A stretch of DNA of 64,000 nt, taken from Tricharina praecox (lineage: Eukaryota). A program made the translations under genes and the position numbers. The stretch spans positions 372,001 through 436,000 of the forward strand of contig NW_026250409.1 of the NCBI RefSeq assembly GCF_024521635.1, written 5' to 3'. Shown here piece by piece: positions 12,169 through 24,397 of the stretch. Position 1 is the first letter of the stretch, and every line of letters starts with the position of its first letter. The notes under the pieces are model-generated. The model was not told the origin of the DNA. It saw nothing but the letters and a program-made list of their open reading frames with translations, and did no database searches.

Positions 12169-12758
12169 GCAGCCCGGGCTGGTGGGCCGTCGTTTCACTG
12201 CTAGTAGTTATCGTCGAGGATGATCCAGCAAGGCCACCTCCTGTACGTATCCCAACGACAACCGCAACAGAATCACCTCACACATCACCCTCAAAGAGAT
12301 AGGTAGTAGACACAACTGAGAGCGCCAATCTCGCACCAAATATCAATCCCAGGTATGACGGCCGATATGGTTGAAGCCGGAGACCATTGAGACCCGTGAA
12401 TGTTTGCGGCATTGGCGTGTTTCCATCACATATATGTGGACCTGTTTTCCTAGTAGATTTACATTTATTTACTGTTTTTTTACCTTCTGTTTTCTTCTGT
12501 CTTTCTTGAGGGCGCTGCCGGCGTGCGCCTGTTTCCTACTTGAGCATCTACGTGCATTCTCTACTCTTGCTTTCGTCCTTCGTCTCGCTGTCATAGGGTT
12601 ACCCTATGTACAAAATTTAGGATCCAGCCCGCCCAACTCCGTCTGATACATAGCCCGGGCTGGGCTATCGGCCCATCAGCTCCAGCCCGGACTATATATC
12701 AGATCAGCCCATCAGCCCTAGCCCAGCCCATGGGCCATTCGGGCTGTTGCCTGCACTA
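12102..12758 (+). mobile_element. Non-autonomous hAT-family element with transposase C-terminal remnant
   Basis: Imperfect 18-bp TIRs (cagtgcgggaaatagccc / gggctgttgcctgcacta, 14/18) starting with CAG/TAG, with subterminal AGCCC repeats at both ends. 12359-12415 encodes RPIWLKPETIETRECLRHW, resembling the end of the hAT dimerisation domain (R..L.PETIE...CL..W). No 8-bp TSD recognisable. Confidence 0.75.
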
Positions 12759-13621
12759 CACAGCACACATCAGCAAGCGAGTGACATCGTGTATCTCCGC
12801 GTGGCCGACGTCCTTTACCGTGGCGGCTTGAATCCTTCAACCCTATACCTAGTAGCCGCAGCATATGCCCAGGCCGCAGGCGGCAAGTCACGGCCCGATA
12901 CATCAATCCCGCACCACAAGCAGTCGGCTTGATTATATCCCAAAAAACCATTTATATAAGAATCATGCTTCATGTCCGTGACTCCGTGGCTTCGGAGTAC
13001 CAGCTTCGGATCCGGAGTACCGGCTGACCAACGAACGATCGGAATACCGACTCCCGAGTCCGGACCCGGATCCAGGACATTGGGGGATTGGCTAGTATCT
13101 ACCGTCCGACGTACGCACGGCCCGGTGGTTGTAGATTTAGGGGGTAAGGGATTCGGCTGATATTCTACATAGCCGTGGAACTTGGGACTTGGAAGAAGAA
13201 GCGGCCATGGCTGGAATATCTACGTACGTAGCCCGATTGTAGGGCGAGAATATATGTATATAGTCTGTACCCATCGAAATAAATACCGGTGGAAATGGAT
13301 TATGGGTGTGCTGCGGCCTGCGTCCTGCGGATTCGCATGTGTCTTGCGAACGAGACATATTCTGTTTTTGGAGGGCTTTGTCACGAGATACCTACCGTAG
13401 ATGTTTGCCGGATCGGCTTCTTCCAACTGGCAATTGGTGCGGTACAGTACATGTATTGATACAGCTACGACACAAACACAAAAACACAAACCAAACACAA
13501 AGGACTCGTACGTAAAATACATAGGTAAGTAAGTAAGTACATCTGCGACTCGTACATAAAAATACACAATCCTACAACACCCCATTCTTTCTCGCACTCG
13601 CTCCCCTTCACCTTGCACCCT

Positions 13622-15514
13622 CTAGGCGAAGGAGATAATAGCGGTAACATTGTTCGCCACAGTCCTGGGCCAGAATTCGAACGTGAGGGTGACGGCCTGA
13701 CCAGTGGCTTGGATAGTGCTCAGCAGGGCGGCGTAGAGGACGATGTTAGTGCCGGAAACGTCAAAGTCGCCCCAGTTGATGCGGGCCTTCTGCAGATCGC
13801 CCAGGTACTGCGTCCAGTCCTCCTTCAGGTAGGTTCCGTCGGCGCGGAGCGCCTTGACCGTGGCGAGCGTGCTGCCCTTGCCGTCGAACGGGATCGAGAG
13901 GTCTGTAGTGGAGGATAGCGTGTACGATGTCTGCCCAAGGGTGGGGGTGGTGTATAGGCGCAGCTCGAAGGGGAGCGAGATGCCCGCTGAGAACTTTATC
14001 GTCAGGGTGTCGCGCACGCCGAGGGTACTGCCGGAGAGCGCGGTGGTCAGGTATGCCTTTGAGATGGTGATGCCGGCGGTGGTGACGGTGTAGTCGGTGC
14101 CCTTCTTCATGGTCATGCCGGAGGCGTTGACGACGGAGCTGATGGTGTTACCGTTGAACACCAGGTTGATGTTTGTTGCCGCGAGGGTGGCTCCCGACTT
14201 GAAGTACAGCGCCGCAGTCTGGTCGTACGCCGGGAGAGAGTTGGAGATGCCCTTGACAGCCTTCTGGATGATGTCCGCCTTGACGGGGTCGCGCCACGTC
14301 AGCGTGGTGCGGTCGAAGTGGTCGAGGCCATTGTCCCACAGCTGCGCGGTCAGGTTGTAGGCTCGGCTGGTGCGGACGAAGAAGTCGAAGTAGACCCAGC
14401 CAGCCGCATTCTCGACGGATTTGCCGGTCAGTCCCCACTCGCCGATCAGTGCGGGTGCGTGGAAGCGGTTCTGAAGGGCGATGAAGGTGTCCTCGATCGC
14501 CTGCTTGTCGGCGGCCGTTCCCCAGAAGGTACGTCCCCAGGAGGTCGAGACGAAATCCCACGGGTCGTACTGGAATATGTTAGCTGGATGGATGTGCGAG
14601 AGGCAGGAAGAGGCTCACATCGTGCACGTGCAAGATGTACGGCGCCGCATTGGTCGGGACCGTGAACCAGTCCACAGTCTTCTGAATGTTTGTGGCCAGA
14701 CCCGGCAGGGTGAGGAGTCTCTTGCCGTTGTTGCCGCCGGACGCGCGGACGATGTTGACGAATCTCTGATTGAGATCGTTGTACCTTTCGGCATGGGCCT
14801 GGGTCGATCCTGGGGGCTCGTTCAGCGACTCCAGGATCAGCTTCTCGCTCTTGTCCTTGAACCTAGCCGCGATCTGTTTCCACAGCGCCTCGAACTTGGC
14901 GATCTTGAGGTCAAGATCGGTGTCGGATGACATGTCGGCCCATTGCCAGCTGTCGTGGTGGACGTTGAGGACCACCCAGAACCCGCGCTCGAGAGACCAG
15001 TTGGTTATTTGTTCGACGCGGTCCATCCAGGCGGTGGTGACTAGGTAGTCGGGGGCCTGCGAGGAGAAGTGGTCGGTCCAGGTTACGGGGAGACGGATAG
15101 AGTTGATTCCGGCGGCTTTGATGGAGTCGAGGAGGGTCGCGGTAACTTGACTTCATCAGCCAATTGCCCCATCCAATCCACGCTCGCTCTATTGATGGAG
15201 CAAACTCACCCAGAGGGTTTCCCCACGACGTCTCATCCGGAATGGCATCGAGCGTATTGCCCAACTGATCGATCCCGCTGTCAGCCACCACTCCACTCGG
15301 CACTCAAATCAGCACTCGGATATATAAGACATACGTTCCAGCCCGGGTTCATAGCAGCCCAAGCCGACTCGGCCGTGACATTAGTCCACGCCGCAGCGGC
15401 AAACTGTATAACACACGTCAGCTCTTACACATTCCGCACACCCTCGCCGATGGAAGCACGTACCTCCGCGCCAACAGCGACAAAGATCGCAAGACTCCGT
15501 AGATTCAGAAACAT
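13622..15514 (-). CDS. Secreted GH5 endoglucanase (GH5_4-like) with C-terminal Ig-like/CBM (X2/CBM46-like) modules, 549 aa, 5 exons
   Basis: Exons 15514-15464, 15403-15335, 15264-15210, 15145-14619, 14569-13622 (1650 nt). Signal peptide, PGWNLGNTLDA, ETSWGNP, SIRLPVTW, LNVHHDSW, acid/base motif LESLNEP, HDYDPWDF, nucleophile motif IGEWG, LWDNG, then a beta-rich C-terminus. Confidence 0.92.
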
Positions 15515-18500
15515 GGTGATATCTGTCCGTGATGTCGGGAGCAATAGCGGGGAGAGGGGAGGCGTACTGTCCATTAAATACCACATCACCCCCCTCGCCA
15601 TGATCCCATCACGGCCACCATATCTCGAGCCGCAATCCTTCAAATCTCGCGTGGAAGAAGATGAACAGTGCTAGGACTGGGATATCGGACTTCAATTGCG
15701 TGGCTCCATATTGCGAGTCGATAATGATACATGCATCTACGGCGGATGCAAGACGCAGGAACATCCCATCTCGGGGTTTCGTGGTATTTTGTTTCGAGCG
15801 ATAGATTGATTGCGCCATGTCAGGTACATACGTACGGGATAACCACCTGGCGCCATAGTGGAGTTGCGAAGATGCGTAGGGGGAGCGGAGTTCTCCAGTG
15901 TCAGCCCCGGATTTACCCCGCAGGCTGCAGAGTAGGGGCGACGTAGGCGCGCCGGTGGATGTAGGTACACATGTGCGTGTATGTAGGCACGACAGTTCGC
16001 TTCGTCAAAGCCTAAGCAACGTTCCTGCATGGCGTGTGGGGAAACTCTAGGGACGAACCGGAGATGGCGGAGAATGAGGCGGAGGAGCGGTAACCACCCC
16101 CGTCGGCCCTCGTAGCCGTGCTCCCCCTTGAATACATACTAAAAATCCCGGAACATTGTCTGTTCCTCCTCCGACCCGTGGCGAATTCCACTCTATTCCC
16201 CTTCAACATATTGAGCAATTCCGGCTGAAGACACCCCACCTGGTATGTGCTTAGAGTATAGTACATAGAGTAGAGACCCATCGTGACACCCTAGCGGCCA
16301 GCATCTCGCAACGTGCCCTCGGAAGGCAAGGAAGAGCAGATCCGACCTCAGAACCTTCACCACGATTGCTTCCACCACTCGTCCCCTCCGGTGCTGTAGC
16401 GCGAGTGCCCGACGATAATCAACAGCCTTGCCTGTGGCTAGTGTGACTGACGGCGCCGACCGGAAGAATACCCTTTCACGAGCGCATCTGGGCCCATGGA
16501 ATTCTCCAGGCAGACCTTCAAGACGAACGGAGCCGGAGTGGAACAAATCCTATTGTTCCGCAACGCCTCGTGGATAAATTCCTTCGATAAGATAAGAGAG
16601 AACGGGAATATCAACCCCCCTCGCCCTCAAACAACGCGCTCGTCGAGATGCAGGATAACTATCGCCCAAGATGTGGGAAACCTCAGCGCGTCGCATGGAC
16701 GGACGAACACATGTATGTACCGTATGTATGCACCCCCGGAATGCAGCACGTGCGAATACCGACATATGTACCTGTCTATCGCACGTGTGCATGCAGAGCC
16801 GCACCGTCTTGATGATGCTTCTGCCGCCAGTTGTGCGGAGTTTTGCGTGGATAGTCCGGCGCCTGGAGGAGGAAGACTATATAGAGCAGGTATATAGAGT
16901 ACTCTAGCGACGCCGCGAGGTGGGGATGATCGGTACGCCAACGCCACCCGAGTCGGCGTGACGAATGATTTTGTTGATGCGGACACGGAGTACTTGTGGC
17001 TAGGTCTAGATCATCAAAGGGCGATAGCGAAGCAATTGGTGTAGGTATCATACATATGATTACCCATAACTACTAGTTATAATAGGCTCCGGTACAGCTC
17101 GGACGGGCAGTTCATCCAACGGTGGTGGTGGTGGTGGTGGTGGTGGTGGTGGGTGGGCCAGCGACGGCATATGCGTTTTCTGTCACTCGCCAATCACGTT
17201 AAGCGTGAGAGTGCCGCGACTTTTGCGGAGTCGAATCGTGTAGAGTTCATATATATGTATACTACAAATCCAATTCCCACAGCCCCCGCCTATCCGGCCT
17301 TCTAATAAAAATCGCATGTACAAGAATTCCAGGTCCGCCATCCAATTGGCAATAATCGACTCTGTTGGACGTTTGCACATAATCTCACTCATCCGCGCTG
17401 AGGCGTTGAAACACGGCGTTTATTTGTTGATTTCTGTCATGGGATCAAGGGGGACTATCCGTCGAACCAACAGCTCCGAATATTCTCAGCGCAGCGAGCT
17501 TACTGCAAGTACATGGCCTCAGAAGGATGCCTATAGTCTACAGACCAACCAGATCAGATGCGGCCCCACCGAGCTGGCACGTACGGAAACATTCCTCGTA
17601 GTTGAGAATCCAGTCCCTCTCGAAAATCCGGACTTCTCGGCTATACAAAAAATCCAAAAATCCAAAAACCTTCATCTACCTACTCTAGTTAATAGCGGAC
17701 ACTTAGTTCTGGGACCATTGAAGCAATGAAGCCTGCAGACGTCCAGACTCCAGGCAGCACTGCTCTACCAAATATATAGTACTCTACCGTTTCCTCATGT
17801 ATGTACCATACATTTGGAGACTGGAATTGACCCGGAATTCCAGCTTCACCCCCCACCTCCCAGAGCTCAGTTTGCCCCTCCACGATTATCCGCAGCCGCA
17901 TTTACTCCAGAGTCCCCACCGGCCACGAACCGGCCACGAACCGGCCACGAACAGGTCCGACGGGCTCTAGTATACTATACTCTACTATACTCAGTATATT
18001 TGGGAAGGCCCAAGTAGGCAGGCAGGCAAGTAGACAGGCAGGCAATACTTCAAGCCTCCGCCACGGGATGCTGCGGTATCGGCTACGCCTGGACGACGAA
18101 AAATCCGAACTTCGAGAACCCCACGGTCTTGACTCTTTTGCGGCAGATGTAGCTACATACCATCCACCAGCCACCAGATGTAGCCTCCAGTCCCTAGCCA
18201 CCCACAATCCACAAGTCACCAGCCATAGACACTAGCCAACAGCCACTCTCCGCAACACCCAGGTCCCAGGTCCCAACTCGCGGCCTGCGGGTTGAACAAT
18301 GAACCGTCCGGAGAATTCCTGTTTTTTTCTGGAGCATTCCTCCGTGTGGGGGAGGCGGAGGCCTGGTCTGATCACGTGAAAATGAAAGCATCTGGATCTG
18401 AAAATCGTAAGCGTTGCGCGAGATCCGCACCAGTACATAGACCATTGCCATTGTCATTGCTATTGTCAGAGCTGCATACCCCGACCCGGAGGCGGCTGCT

Positions 18501-18860
18501 CTGTCGGCGTATGAATGTCGCCACCGCCCTCCGTCCTCCGGAGCTATCGTTCCTTGTTGGCCTGCTCTGCTGCATATTCCATATTGTTTAGCCTGAGGTT
18601 TGTCGGGATTGTCTTGCGGGTGTGTGGGTGCTGTGGTTGTGGAGCTGTGGGTGTTCTACTCTAGTTACCATCCAAGCTGGTGGGGGGGATCCACGATAGT
18701 ATGTACCTACTACCGTAGTAACACCGGCCATCGTGAAAACGTGTGCACAGCGGAATATCAGAGGATGATAGCTCTTGGTTCTTAGTTTTTTGGCTCTTGG
18801 TTCATGGTTCGCTCAGCCTGTTTGGTGGCGCAAAGACTGGTATGATACAAGGTAGATACC

Positions 18861-19220
18861 TACCGTATTCGCGGATAGTGAACTCGTCTCGCATGCTGTG
18901 GGATTCGGGGGCAGAGGCGGCTTTGTGTTGCGGCGAAGGGCGATCGGCGAGCAGCGAGTAGCGGTATGGAGCGACCTACCATGTATTGTGGCAGACAGAC
19001 CCCGTTTTCTGTTATTGGTTTTCTGTTCGTTTAGTCGGTCGGTCGGTCTCTTGTTCAACACATCAGACATTATCAACACCACAGATAGGTATTCCCAAAA
19101 GTCATAGACCTGCTTTTTCCTGTTGCTTTGCTTCCTAGTCAATCGAACCAGGTCATCAGTTACTCGTACCCGTCGAGGGCCTCTCAATACCGTATTCACG
19201 GATGGCGAACTCGTCTCGCA
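18861..19220. repeat. 33-bp direct repeat pair (18861-18893, 19188-19220)
   Basis: taccgtattcgcggatagtgaactcgtctcgca vs taccgtattcacggatggcgaactcgtctcgca: 30/33 identical, all differences are transitions. Confidence 0.7.
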
Positions 19221-20588
19221 CACCTAGGGCCCATTCGGATGCCAGCTACATTTCCAACCTTGGGTTTCTGACGACTTGAAGGTTCCCAAACCTGCAGCTG
19301 CAAACTCTCATCTCCCCCGATGCCCCGGAACCCGTTCGGCAACCTGGATATTCGACAGCATACAACTCTCTTTGTTTGCATTGTGGCTCAGTCAACAATA
19401 TTTAGTGTCGCAAATTGTCGACTTGGGGTGGTGTGCCGAATGCCCACCCATCGTCCGGGAACTGAGGGTTTCAAACTGCATCGAAATTTTGTGTGGTAGA
19501 TTCAAAATGCTGATGGCATCCAAACACACACCTATGAAGTAACTGTGGCTCAGCCACCATCCATCCATCCATCCACCCACCCATCCCGCGTTATGTATGA
19601 CGTATGCATCGCAAAAACCGCCCTCAAAGTGGAACCACGTTCACCGGTCACCAGAGCACTCATCTCCAATTGCGATTGTGATGATTAACTGCACGCTCAA
19701 CCCGAGAGACAGAAATCTATATACAGTACCTACAGCACCTACAGTACAGAAGCTTCTTCACACTCGGAACATACTCTACCATGTAAATATCCAAAACGCT
19801 CGGGCCCGACGTACCTCGAGTGTGTAGAGTATTAACCGCGCGCGCCACATGCACTGGAAGTATATAGTACTCTCTGTAGTACACCGTAGTACATACCCGC
19901 CGAAACCCCGGATAATCAAGAACCCCCGTTGATGCAGATATGTAAAAACAACATGGCACACCTATATACAGAAGACATCCATGAACCATCCATCCAGATT
20001 CCACAATACCCGCCCCCAAAAATACAACCGTTAGATATGTTAGATGTACGCCCCCAAATCCCCCAAAATTCAAATCCCCGATTATGTCCTGTCCTGTCCT
20101 GTCCAGATACGTCATTAGCTAAATAGTATGTAAATGTTACTTACATACACAGCCCTCCCATCCCATCCACATCCCATCCACATCCCATCCACATCCCATC
20201 CACACACACGCGCGCGCGCGCGGAGGGTGCGGAGGCGGAATTAGATCGCCCCGATGCGCAATCTAAACGTCGAGAACCCCCGGCCGCGCCCCGCCCGGTG
20301 CCGCCCCGCGCCGTCCCGCCGAGCCGGATCTCGATATAATCCCGCCCCCAAAGAGCCCAAAAAGAAAAGCCCAAAAAGAAAGTCCAAAGAAAGGCCAAAT
20401 AAAATCCCAGAAAATCCGTAGTCTACCCCATTGAAACCCCCCCCCCCCCCTCCAATCGATTGTTGGTCGTATGTATGTATGTATGTATGTATGATATGTC
20501 GTAAGTGTCCGTGTCGTATCGTAAGTGAGCGTGTGCGTGTGAACCGCAAGGTCGTGATCGTCAGATCGTGTCATCGTAAATAAACCCC

Positions 20589-20619
<31 letters not shown>

Positions 20620-20791
20620 AAATTACAGCGAGCGGAGGACGAGGCCGTATTATCCCATCTCCATGGTAGCCTGGTTCCCTGATTCCTGCCGTGTGTCGCC
20701 AACCCTCTCCCCCTCACAGCGCGGGGAGAGAGACCCATGAAACCCGCCACCTGCAGCCTGCCCACCATCATATTACTCGATGGTCCTACTC

Positions 20792-22105
20792 CTAGCCAAC
20801 CACTTCCCCGTCCCGCCCGTCCCGCCTCCCGCCTCCCCCTCCCCCTTCGCCCGCGCCCCCTCCCGCACCTCCCGCACCTCCCGCACCTCCCGCACCTCCC
20901 GCACCTCCCGCACCTCCCGCACCTCCCCCACCCCGTCGGATGACGAATCTCGGCGTAGTCGGACTCGCCATTCCCAATCCCATTCCCATCCCCATTCCCA
21001 TTCCCATTCCCATCCCCATTCCGCCCATTCCGCCGACACCCAGGGGCCACGGCGGAAACGCCGGCGTTCTCGGGGAAACGACGACGACGTCGTTTTCCGG
21101 CAGGGGGGGACTATTCCCCCTCTCCGGCACGGAGATCTCGCTGTCGCAGACGGAGGAGACGGGGCGTTGTTCCAGCGCCAGCGATAACTTTTTTGGCGGG
21201 GTGTGCATCGTAGTCGTCGGGGCCTTAGCCTCCTGCAGCAGAGTTTCTCGCTCGACGACAGCGAGCGAGGCCGCTACGCGCTCCGTCGCGGAGACGTCGG
21301 AGGTCTCCCAGTCATCGAAGTGGTTTACCTCTGACGGCGAGCGGTGGGTGGACATGGTGACCAGACTGCTGGTCTGCACGTCTTTACCCTTGATGGTGTA
21401 CATGGGCGAGAACGGGCTCACGCCTATGCTCAGGCTGCGAGAGGACTTCTTCGCCGGTGGACCCCCCGTCGACTGGTATAGTTGCGCCACGAATGACCGG
21501 TGCTTCGACGCGCGGAGCGAGGAGTCGAGCGAGGGTTTGCGCGCTGAGAAGGTGGGCGATGGGAGTGGCAGGTGAAGGTTCTCCCGCGCGGCGCAGAGAC
21601 AGCGGTGCGGGGGGTGGTGCGGCGAGGGGGTGTTGGCCTCGTGGTCATCGTGCGGTGATGCGGAAGCAGATGGGGAGGAGAACGAGGAGGCCAGGAGCAT
21701 GGTCCAGAACACCGAGTGCATTACCACTGTGACGATGTAAACAGCGGATCCGGCCAACACCACATGCACCGGATTACGGCCGAGGATGTTTCGTGGCAGG
21801 GCTTGCTGCCTCAGGCCCATCCACCCCAAGGCGCACGCCGACACCACCGCGGCGAGGGCAGACGCCGCTGCTCCCAATTGCCGGTACAATCGTCGTCGAC
21901 GGCATGAGGGATAAACGGTAAACAGTATGATGGGAATACAAGTGCACAAGACGGCCGCTGCGGACACGACGCTGACAACGGCCAGTGCCGAATGGCGTAT
22001 GGATGAGGACACGGTGTAGACGATGAAGAAAGCCGCCGTGACTATGGTTGGAAGCAGGGCTGTTGTTCCCACTGCTTGCAATATTCGCAGTCGAGGGGCG
22101 GCCAT
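20792..22105 (-). CDS. Hypothetical membrane protein (about 4 N-terminal TM helices, Ser/Pro-rich tail), 437 aa
   Basis: Long ATG-initiated ORF with four hydrophobic segments in the first ~140 aa. The C-terminus is encoded by 6-bp (GM)n and 9-bp (GGA)n repeats. Confidence 0.75.
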   Translation of the reverse strand: MAAPRLRILQAVGTTALLPTIVTAAFFIVYTVSSSIRHSALAVVSVVSAAAVLCTCIPIILFTVYPSCRRRRLYRQLGAAASALAAVVSACALGWMGLRQQALPRNILGRNPVHVVLAGSAVYIVTVVMHSVFWTMLLASSFSSPSASASPHDDHEANTPSPHHPPHRCLCAARENLHLPLPSPTFSARKPSLDSSLRASKHRSFVAQLYQSTGGPPAKKSSRSLSIGVSPFSPMYTIKGKDVQTSSLVTMSTHRSPSEVNHFDDWETSDVSATERVAASLAVVERETLLQEAKAPTTTMHTPPKKLSLALEQRPVSSVCDSEISVPERGNSPPLPENDVVVVSPRTPAFPPWPLGVGGMGGMGMGMGMGMGMGMGLGMASPTTPRFVIRRGGGGAGGAGGAGGAGGAGGAGGAGGGAGEGGGGGGRRDGRDGEVVG

Positions 22106-22859
22106 TTGGAGGCGAGGGGTGGAGAGAGGGTAGGGATAATTTGCTCTCGAGGCAGGAGGCGGGGGGAATTCAAGGGATTCGGTGGTCCCTGCCCGGCGAG
22201 GGGGGATTGTTTTGGGCGTGCCGCGACTTAAGAACTCAGTAGAGTAGGCAGCCCGGCTCGTGTGGCTCGCTGAGCTGTGGAGGAGGAGAAGTGAGCTGGC
22301 GGAGGTGTGTGTGAAGTGTGAAGTTCAGCACAGCATGTGGGTGGTGGAACATGGCACTGACCGGGGGGTGAGTGGAGGGGCAGCTGCTACTTTTTGGGCG
22401 GGCGGTTCAGAGCGAGAGGGAGGAGGAGTCGGAGGAGGAGATCATGACGCGCGACGGGAAGCAAGACGCCACGAGGCAAGGAGAGCAGCAGCAGTGCGGA
22501 CAGAGTTCCAATAAATGGTGGTTAGAGTAGAGTAGCGCAGGCCCGGGTAGGACACATAGCTTGACTCTAGCTAGAGTAGAGAGAGCCCTTTGTTGTCGGT
22601 GGGTGCACATCATACTCCGGTGTCACAGTGTAAGACATTTTCTGGTGCGTCTGTAGGCAGTAGTTTCTATACCCAGTACTTTGAAGTTTGGGGGGGCAGA
22701 TGTCTAGCCGAGTTTTATTCCCATGGGGGGTGGGGTGGGGTGGGGTGGGGTGGGGTGGCTGCTGGGGTTGCTTCAAGCTTGCTTGCTTGCGTGTGTCTTG
22801 TCTTGTCTTTCCCGTCTTGTCATGTCAACGTGTGGTTGGTGGAAAGCCAAGCTAGGGTT

Positions 22860-23021
22860 GGTGGTGGTGGTGATGGTGGTGGTGGTGATGGTGGTGATGG
22901 TGGTGGTGATGGTGGTGGTGGTGATGGTGGTGATGGTGGTGGTGGTGATGGTGGTGGTGGTGGTGGTGATGGTGGTGGTGGTGGTGGTGATGGTGGTGGT
23001 GGTGGTGATGGTGGTGGTGAT
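22860..23021. repeat. (GGT)n microsatellite with GAT interruptions
   Basis: About 54 triplets read directly; source of spurious poly-G/V/H ORFs. Confidence 0.95.
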
Positions 23022-24397
23022 GGGGGATCGTATTCATGGATTCATGGATTCGACGGCCGGCCGCCGATGGGATATTATTGGAGTGTGGGGGGAAGTATGA
23101 AACGATCAACTACGGTAGGTGTAATCGGAAGGTGCTCAAGAGTCAAGGCTCAAGCAAGCAACGGAGGCGAAAGCAAGCAATTCCAAGCACCAGAGAGTTT
23201 CAACTGCCAATTCCGACCGCGCGAAGTGGTGGTGCTGGTGAATTGAGAGTTTCCATGAAGACTGCCTGCCTGCCGTCCTCAACATCCGCACGTCACAGAT
23301 CGGGGCTGTGCTTGCCTGTCTGCCTGCGTGCTTGCCGCCGATGCGGTCCGCTGTCCTGTCGATCGGAGGCGGGCGGGAGAGAGCTACCTTACCTATGTGG
23401 CTGAAGTGGCAGGTGCGTGTTGTGTGTGTGTGGCGCGGGATGTTGTTCCTTCTCCACACATACCACCTCATACCCACCTCAGCCTCTGCTGGCCGTCTGT
23501 TGTCAAAACAAACACGTTTCCTTGCAGAAGGCAGAAGGCCGAAGGTCGCAAACCGAAACCAGATCTCAGCCGTATGTAGAGCATGAGGTATTTCCTGCAC
23601 CACGACGGATGCAGCAGGGGCGAGGGGCGCGCAACATAGGTACTCTACATACTAACGCGATCCGGCTATGACCCATTGGCCTGTGTAACTGCAGCTCGAC
23701 ACTCCCGCTTCCTGTATGGTGGTGGTCTCTGTCGCCGCGTCCTGATTCGCGATATATACAGACTCGGCAATATCCATCTTCGGTGCGGCGTAGAGCACTC
23801 TACTCTACCGAATCTTCGCGTTGCGGTGGCACGGCGAGGATTGCGGATGCGAGTGACGTCCAATGACATGAAACCCGCCATGTGCCCAGTTCAGCGTCTC
23901 CTGGTACTTATACAGGAAAAAACCCAATCGTATTTACACCTCCCAGACGGCCGCAAAAAGCTCTCCCCCTCTAAACAGATCCCACCACCGAAAACCCGTC
24001 CCAAACTCAAACATCGTGTACAAGTAAACAGGAAGAAAAAAGATGGAATGGCAGATGATAGAACGCCCGTATATAAAACTCCCCGTCCTTCCCCGGTACA
24101 ATGACTCGACCAATAAAAGATCAAGAGGAAAAAAAAAGTAAAAGTAAAAGTAAACTCTGTAGAAAGACAGAAACCGATAATATCGGTAAAGCAGCATTAA
24201 CAGACGGTATTCAAACAAAACAAGAAATCAAAACAAGCCATCAAATCGATGTCCCTTTTCTCGCACGCTCGCCAGAAAACAGAAAACGGAAACGGAAACG
24301 CAAATAATACAAACAAACGCCGGCGACCCCCCGCAGTGTCGTTTTTTCGTATCATTCTATCATCCACGCTTCATCTCCAATCGGACGGAGAGCAATC

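Noticed and set aside
19157..19545. 8-bp inverted repeat cagttact/agtaactg as a Tc1/mariner MITE
   Set aside because: Too short and no TA target duplication.
22590..23246. Poly-Gly, poly-Val and poly-His ORFs
   Set aside because: Artefacts of the (GGT)n tract.
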